NCBI GenBank assembly: GCA_963676615.1
Contig: OY781092.1
Span: 96,001-160,000, forward strand
Direction of reading: 5' to 3'
Length of the DNA: 64,000 bases
From: Candidatus Cloacimonadota bacterium
GTDB taxonomy: Bacteria; Cloacimonadota; Cloacimonadia; G963667145
The notes beneath the pieces were generated by a model, which was not told where the DNA came from, made no database searches, and saw nothing but the letters and a program-made list of their open reading frames with translations. The translations under genes and the position numbers were made by a program. Shown here one piece after another: positions 59,284-64,000 of the stretch. Each line of letters begins with the position of its first letter. Position 1 is the stretch's first letter.

Positions 59284-61263
59284 ATGCGAACAAGAAAATT
59301 TATACTGTTTTTACTTGTTTTTTGGACTTTCGGTCTTTTGCAGGCTCAGTACCCTTTTGAAAGTGGTAGCAATGAGCCGCTTAGTGTCGTAATGTATGCA
59401 GACAAGATTGCCAGGGGCTATGAGGTTCGCCTCGCTTCGACTTTGTCGTCTTATTGTGAGAGAGGAACTTATGAGGTTGATGTAACTGTTAACCTGAAGC
59501 CAAGGCAAGCTTCGAGTGGTCAGCTTGACATTGTGTCTTCCTCTTCTGCAGATTTGTCTGACGGCATAGTGATGCCAGGAACTAACGGCAGGTTCGTGAA
59601 CGAGTTTATCGATGAGTTTGCGAATGAGAGCCAGCCAGCGCAACCGATGATGTCTTACGGCAATCCGCTACAAGGCTCTGTTGGGTCTGGAAATCCAAGC
59701 GATTACGAAATTGAAAATGTTGTAATAAATGTGATGCTCGATGCTTCGGATTACACTCCAGAAGATGTCTCTTTTATAGACGAGTTGGTGAGAATGAAGT
59801 CTGGCGTCGATGTTTATCGTGGAGATGCGGTAAATGTGTCGCTGGTGAAGTTCACCAATCAGAAGCAAAAAATGCTGGAAGAGGCTCAAAAAGCTGAAGA
59901 GCTTAAAAAGAAGCAGGAAGAAGAGGCGAGAAAAGAGGCAGAGGCGGAAGAGGAGAGAAGGAAAAGGGAAGAGGCTGAAAATCAAACGCCGCCAGAAGAA
60001 GAGTCGAATTTCTTGTTTTACTTGATAATCGGATTGATTGGGCTGTTTGTCCTTATTGGACTTATTGTTTCACTGTTCTTTATCTCCAAAAGACACGCTG
60101 CGGCAGACGCGAATATGGTTCAGCCGAAAGTAAATTTCCCTCGCTATGATGAACAGTTTGATAGCTTGATGCAAGAGATGCGAGAGTTAAAGAAAGTTAA
60201 TTTGACTCCGAAGCCAGAGCGAATGGAAATTGCAGAATATAAAAGACTTCGCTCGTTTGCAATCAATAAATTTTTAGCAGAAGGAAAAAATGTTTCTATC
60301 GTTTTGCGTGGCTGGGTTGATAGTGGCGGAGACGAGGGCGTCGATAAGGCGTCTAAGTTGATAAAGGCGATAGATGAGAACTTGCTTGATCTTTTAGAAG
60401 AAAATATTGCTCATGACGATTTTAAACTTTTGTCGTGGAATGTTCGTAATATGGAAGAGCTTGATACGAAGACGAAGCTAGAAGCTTTGCAAAACTTTAA
60501 AAATGCTTGGAGCTCTTTGACTGTTACCGATGATAGCGACGCTGATTCTGGAATGTTTGGTTTCTTGAATGCAATGTCTGTCGAACAAATACGGCAAGCT
60601 CTCAAGGGCGAGTCCGATGGTGTTCAGGCGTTGGTAATTACGCAAGTGGCTGCCGACAAAGCGTCAGAGATTTTGGCGTCCTACTCTTCGGAGCAACGCT
60701 CTGCAATTATGGGAAATATGGGCAAGCTTGGCAAAATCCCAACTTCTATCTACAAAGAAGTTTCTAGCAGGCTGGCTCGAGAAGCTCTTAAGATGCGTGG
60801 AATGGAATATGTTTCTTCGGATGGTGCTGGCAAAATGCTGGAGATTTTGGACACACTTTCTACAGCACAGCAAGAAGAGTTTATCGACGAAATTTCTAAG
60901 GCTGATGTAAACACTGCAGAACAAGTGTTGAAGTATTTCATAACATTTGAGAGTTTGGATGAATTAGAAGACGATATTTTAGTGAAAGCTATGCAAAAAA
61001 TGGATAGAACGCTGTTGTCTGCCGCTTTGGTTGGCGTAGATGGTGTGAAATCTGATAGAATATTGTCGAATATTCCAGAAAGAATGCGTGAGATTGTAAA
61101 GTCTGAGCTTGCGGTGAATGAAAATAAACTTAAGCCTGACGATGTCGAAAAAGCTAGGCGAAAGATGATGGCGATTGTTAGAAAGGAAATTAAAGAAGCT
61201 GGCGGTCGAAATATTGGGTCGTCTGAATCTTCGGAAGAGGAAGGGGTGAGCGATGAGTATTAA
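59284..61263 (+). CDS. FliF(ring-building domain)-FliG fusion protein
   Basis: Signal peptide; FliF-like ...IDELVRMKSGVDVYRGDAVNV...F; one TM; FliF C-tail IVLRGW; FliG-N (GVDKASKLI), FliG-M (FGFL...QALVITQV..DKASEIL), FliG-C (YFITFESL...LSAAL...NIPERMREIVKSEL...DVEKARRKMM). Confidence 0.8.
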   Translation: MRTRKFILFLLVFWTFGLLQAQYPFESGSNEPLSVVMYADKIARGYEVRLASTLSSYCERGTYEVDVTVNLKPRQASSGQLDIVSSSSADLSDGIVMPGTNGRFVNEFIDEFANESQPAQPMMSYGNPLQGSVGSGNPSDYEIENVVINVMLDASDYTPEDVSFIDELVRMKSGVDVYRGDAVNVSLVKFTNQKQKMLEEAQKAEELKKKQEEEARKEAEAEEERRKREEAENQTPPEEESNFLFYLIIGLIGLFVLIGLIVSLFFISKRHAAADANMVQPKVNFPRYDEQFDSLMQEMRELKKVNLTPKPERMEIAEYKRLRSFAINKFLAEGKNVSIVLRGWVDSGGDEGVDKASKLIKAIDENLLDLLEENIAHDDFKLLSWNVRNMEELDTKTKLEALQNFKNAWSSLTVTDDSDADSGMFGFLNAMSVEQIRQALKGESDGVQALVITQVAADKASEILASYSSEQRSAIMGNMGKLGKIPTSIYKEVSSRLAREALKMRGMEYVSSDGAGKMLEILDTLSTAQQEEFIDEISKADVNTAEQVLKYFITFESLDELEDDILVKAMQKMDRTLLSAALVGVDGVKSDRILSNIPERMREIVKSELAVNENKLKPDDVEKARRKMMAIVRKEIKEAGGRNIGSSESSEEEGVSDEY

Positions 61264-62401
61264 AAAAAGCCTACTCTGGCTTCTATTGATTTTCTCTTTT
61301 TCTTCGCTTTTTGCTCAATTTGAATACAATCAGTTTTCAAATATGAGTGCCGTGGGTTCTTATCCTCGTAGTGACAGATCAGAAGTCAGGAATATTGCTA
61401 GAATTATGATGAGGGTGAAAGAGGCGGTGCTTAATTTCCCCTTGGGAGTAAAAAGGGTTGCTGTTTATAGGATTAAAGCTGATCGCGACGCTATCTCTCT
61501 TGGAATGGTGCGTTTTGTAAAATCGAAACTTGAGCAGGTGCTTTTGGACAATAAAACCATTGAGTTGGTGGTTGTCCCAGAGTTCAATTTGGCAAGAGTG
61601 AAAATAACGGACACCTCTTTTAGCTATGTGAATTCCGCGCGCTCTTTTGCGGAGCTTCGCCAATTGGGCGAAAAATACGACATTGATGCTTTTATCGAAG
61701 GAACTTGCACGCGTAGTGCTTATGGAGATATTCTGCTGTCGCTAAAAATGGTTAGCAACAAAACAGGCGAGATTATTTGGTCAAAAGCTTTTATCGAAGG
61801 TCCTAACAACGACAAAGATATTGAAACACCGAAGCAATATGTCCTTGACTTTAATGTGGGATTTTATACGGTGAACGAATATAAGAGCAGTGGTGTTTCT
61901 GTTTTTGATAGCGAATACGGCGGTAGCAGTGCAAATATCGTGAGGATGATAGATTATCGGTTGGGAATTACTCGCCGTCAAAACTCTAATTTCTCTTTTG
62001 CGAATGTTATGATGACCTTGACAGGAGGCTTGTCGATTATTAACTGTCAACTCAGTTTGGAGAATAATATTGAAGGGTTTAACGAACTTTCTACAGCTTT
62101 CTTGGGATACGCAGGTGGTGGTGTGATGACAAAGTATTTCAAAAAAGACAGTAAGGTAACAACAACAAAAGAAAATTATTGGTTTAAGCCTTATTTTAAG
62201 GGCAATTTTTACATACCGATTAACTATTCTGGAAGTTTTTTGAGTTTAGATTTAGGTGGCTCATCTGATTTTACAGAAGATATCGAAGTTGGAGCAGGCA
62301 TTGGCATTATTCCATTTGGAAGAAAATTGGAAAAGAGCCAGTCAAGTTATATAGAGTTTGGAGCGGTAAAATATGAGATTAGTTTTAGTTATAATTTCTA
62401 G
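61253..62401 (+). CDS. Secreted protein: CsgG/FlgO/TolB-N-like domain plus probable outer-membrane beta-barrel
   Basis: Signal peptide; RVAV...QLGEKYDIDAFIEG...LKMVSNKTGEIIWS; amphipathic beta strands ending YEISFSYNF. Confidence 0.6.
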   Translation: MSIKKSLLWLLLIFSFSSLFAQFEYNQFSNMSAVGSYPRSDRSEVRNIARIMMRVKEAVLNFPLGVKRVAVYRIKADRDAISLGMVRFVKSKLEQVLLDNKTIELVVVPEFNLARVKITDTSFSYVNSARSFAELRQLGEKYDIDAFIEGTCTRSAYGDILLSLKMVSNKTGEIIWSKAFIEGPNNDKDIETPKQYVLDFNVGFYTVNEYKSSGVSVFDSEYGGSSANIVRMIDYRLGITRRQNSNFSFANVMMTLTGGLSIINCQLSLENNIEGFNELSTAFLGYAGGGVMTKYFKKDSKVTTTKENYWFKPYFKGNFYIPINYSGSFLSLDLGGSSDFTEDIEVGAGIGIIPFGRKLEKSQSSYIEFGAVKYEISFSYNF

Positions 62402-63029
62402 CTTCTTTTTGCTTTCAGGTTGTTCTCTTTGGAATAAATATTTTTCTAAAGATAGCGCTCAGGAGAGCAGAATTACAGAGCAAGAGGCGGTTAAAGCCTC
62501 TTCTGGAGCGGCAACAGTTGATCAAGAAAGAGGGCTAGGAGTTAGTGACGGGACAAAAAAAGAGACGACAGTTATCCAGCAAAATCCTATCCGTCCACAA
62601 AAAAACGAGATTCTAATTAAGTATCGTAACAAATCTTCGGAAGTTATTTTGAGTCTTGATCCAAGAGACAATAATGTGCAAATAGATGTTTCAAAAGCAA
62701 ATCCAGGTGGCGAAACTGCCAATAATTTGGAAGCGAATTCAGATTTCTCTTACGATGTTGGGCAAGAAAATGACGACTCTGGAGAAACGGAGAGCGATTT
62801 GTTGGCGCAAGCTCAGAACAAGTTTTATTCTGGCGACTATCAAGCGGCTCTAAATCTGATAAACAGTTCTTTGGGCAAAAGACCAACAGCTAGAGCGTAT
62901 GCACTCAAAGGGAGCATCTATTATATGCTGGGCAACTTGGCTTTGGCTCGAAAAAACTGGGTGAATTCGTTGCGTTTAAATTCTAATGTCCAAGGTGTTA
63001 GGCAAATGTTAAATAAAATAGGGTATTGA
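62373..63029 (+). CDS. Lipoprotein with C-terminal TPR repeats
   Basis: Lipobox LSGC; AQNKFYSGDYQAAL...AYALKGSIYYMLGNLALARKNW..SLRLN. Confidence 0.8.
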   Translation: MRLVLVIISSFFLLSGCSLWNKYFSKDSAQESRITEQEAVKASSGAATVDQERGLGVSDGTKKETTVIQQNPIRPQKNEILIKYRNKSSEVILSLDPRDNNVQIDVSKANPGGETANNLEANSDFSYDVGQENDDSGETESDLLAQAQNKFYSGDYQAALNLINSSLGKRPTARAYALKGSIYYMLGNLALARKNWVNSLRLNSNVQGVRQMLNKIGY

Positions 63030-63030
63030 A

Positions 63031-63828
63031 ATGGTCGGTTCTATAAGTTCTTTTATCGCTTTTATTCTTACTTGTCTAATAGTTTTACTTACAATTACTT
63101 CTGCAACATCAAACTGGCAGGTTTTTGTCAACTCTGCAAGTATTTTGATAGTTTTGGGTGGAACGCTTGTAAGTGAGTTTATTGCTCGTGGGTTCAGAGA
63201 AACTTTGGGGTCTCTTGTTTATATGCTTAAAATTATGTTTAAGCAACCGATGAAAACAAGGCATTTGATCAGAGAAATCGACACTATCAAAAGTTGGGCA
63301 GATCGGATACAAAGTGGTGGCAAGAAAGTTTATGACGAGATTTATTCGGAGGTTACAGAGCCTTTTGAAAAATATGTGTTTTCTATTTTGTCAACGGGGT
63401 ATTCGGTAGAGGAGTCCAAAGAGTTTATCCAAAACGAAATTCAAAGAGAGCTTGAGATAAATGAGCGAAGAGCCGAAATTTTGAGCAGTTTGGGCGGCTC
63501 TGCACCTGCCTTTGGTATGTTGGGAACTTTGATAGGTTTGGTGATTTTGCTTAGCCAGTTAGACGATCCATCAAAAATTGGTCCTGCAATGGCGGTTGCT
63601 TTGATAACAACATTTTATGGGCTGATTTTAGCCAGAGTTTTCTTTATTCCTGGAGCAAATAAATCTACTGCAATTTCTGACTCAACAATGTTTCGCAAAC
63701 AAATGATTTTGGAGGGAGTTAGTCTTATTATGCAAGAAAAGTCCTCTTTTTATGTAGAAGATTATTTGAGCTCTTTCGTTGAAAAAAACGTTAAGAAAGA
63801 AGATATTAGTTCTGATAGTTCAATCTAA
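63031..63828 (+). CDS. motA: MotA/PomA-family stator A subunit
   Basis: SILIVLGGT; APAFGMLGTLIGLV..L..LDDPSKIGPAMAVALITTFYG....FFIP; MILEGV. Confidence 0.92.
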   Translation: MVGSISSFIAFILTCLIVLLTITSATSNWQVFVNSASILIVLGGTLVSEFIARGFRETLGSLVYMLKIMFKQPMKTRHLIREIDTIKSWADRIQSGGKKVYDEIYSEVTEPFEKYVFSILSTGYSVEESKEFIQNEIQRELEINERRAEILSSLGGSAPAFGMLGTLIGLVILLSQLDDPSKIGPAMAVALITTFYGLILARVFFIPGANKSTAISDSTMFRKQMILEGVSLIMQEKSSFYVEDYLSSFVEKNVKKEDISSDSSI

Positions 63829-63854
63829 TTTTGTTTGATTGAAGAGGAATAAAG

Positions 63855-64000
63855 ATGAAATTTCAAAAGAAGGAACCTAAAAAGATTGATGAGTCATGGA
63901 TGATGACTTATTCCGATTTGGTTACTTTGCTTTTGTGTTTTTTCGTGCTTTTGGTTTCGATGTCCACAACAAATATGGGAATGTGGCAAGAGTTTAAGGA
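63855..64000 (+). CDS. motB: MotB/PomB-family stator B subunit, 3' truncated by window
   Basis: Manual translation MKFQKKEPKKIDESWMMTYSDLVTLLLCFFVLLVSMS...; GAGGA RBS; absent from the ORF track. Confidence 0.9.
   Translation, partial: MKFQKKEPKKIDESWMMTYSDLVTLLLCFFVLLVSMSTTNMGMWQEFK

Noticed and set aside
59860..60005. Purine-rich GAAGAG-like repeats
   Set aside because: They encode the Glu/Lys/Arg coiled coil of the FliF-FliG fusion and are not a DNA repeat array.
63031..64000. Interpretation of the MotA/MotB pair as Zorya ZorAB or ExbBD/TolQR
   Set aside because: MotA lacks the long ZorA tail, has a flagellar PomA-type layout, and is co-operonic with a FliG-containing protein; the B subunit has the WxxTYxD MotB motif.
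1..64000. CRISPR arrays, transposases, rRNA, selenoprotein read-through
   Set aside because: None seen by eye; no regularly spaced repeats and no motif-interrupting TGA codons noticed.

Overview
Bacterial chromosomal window from an anaerobic Gram-negative organism. Gene order and the ssb N-terminus suggest Cloacimonadota or a related FCB-type lineage (inference only). Most of it is housekeeping: the rpsP-khpA-rimM-trmD-rplS-ispE-spoVG-prs-rplY-pth-rpsF-ssb-rpsR-rplI-dciA-rpe superoperon; a minus-strand block (patatin/POTRA protein, malic enzyme, TrmH, glutamine synthetase III, Wzz, dnaN, HU, Fe-S/FAD oxidoreductase, tmRNA); cmk-ispH-rpsA-rnfCDGEAB; LPS genes; a tyrosine-decarboxylase-like enzyme with its antiporter; a DUF134/Mrp/NifX/ModA-like metal-cofactor operon with a 14-bp palindromic operator; tRNA-Gly/Cys/Leu; mtaB; ybeY-CNNM-cysS; and apbE. 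Two elements stand out. (1) At 59.3-64 kb, running off the window edge, is an operon resembling a stripped-down, possibly non-flagellar rotary motor. It has a signal-peptide-bearing FliF(ring domain)-FliG fusion lacking the FliM-docking EHPQ motif, a CsgG/FlgO-like plus beta-barrel outer-membrane protein, a TPR lipoprotein, and a PomA/PomB-like (Na+-type) stator pair. (2) At 10.8-11.8 kb is a solitary AT-rich integron gene cassette (EamA/DMT transporter with an attC site), frameshifted in an A8 tract. All protein calls come from motif recognition by eye; no searches were run.
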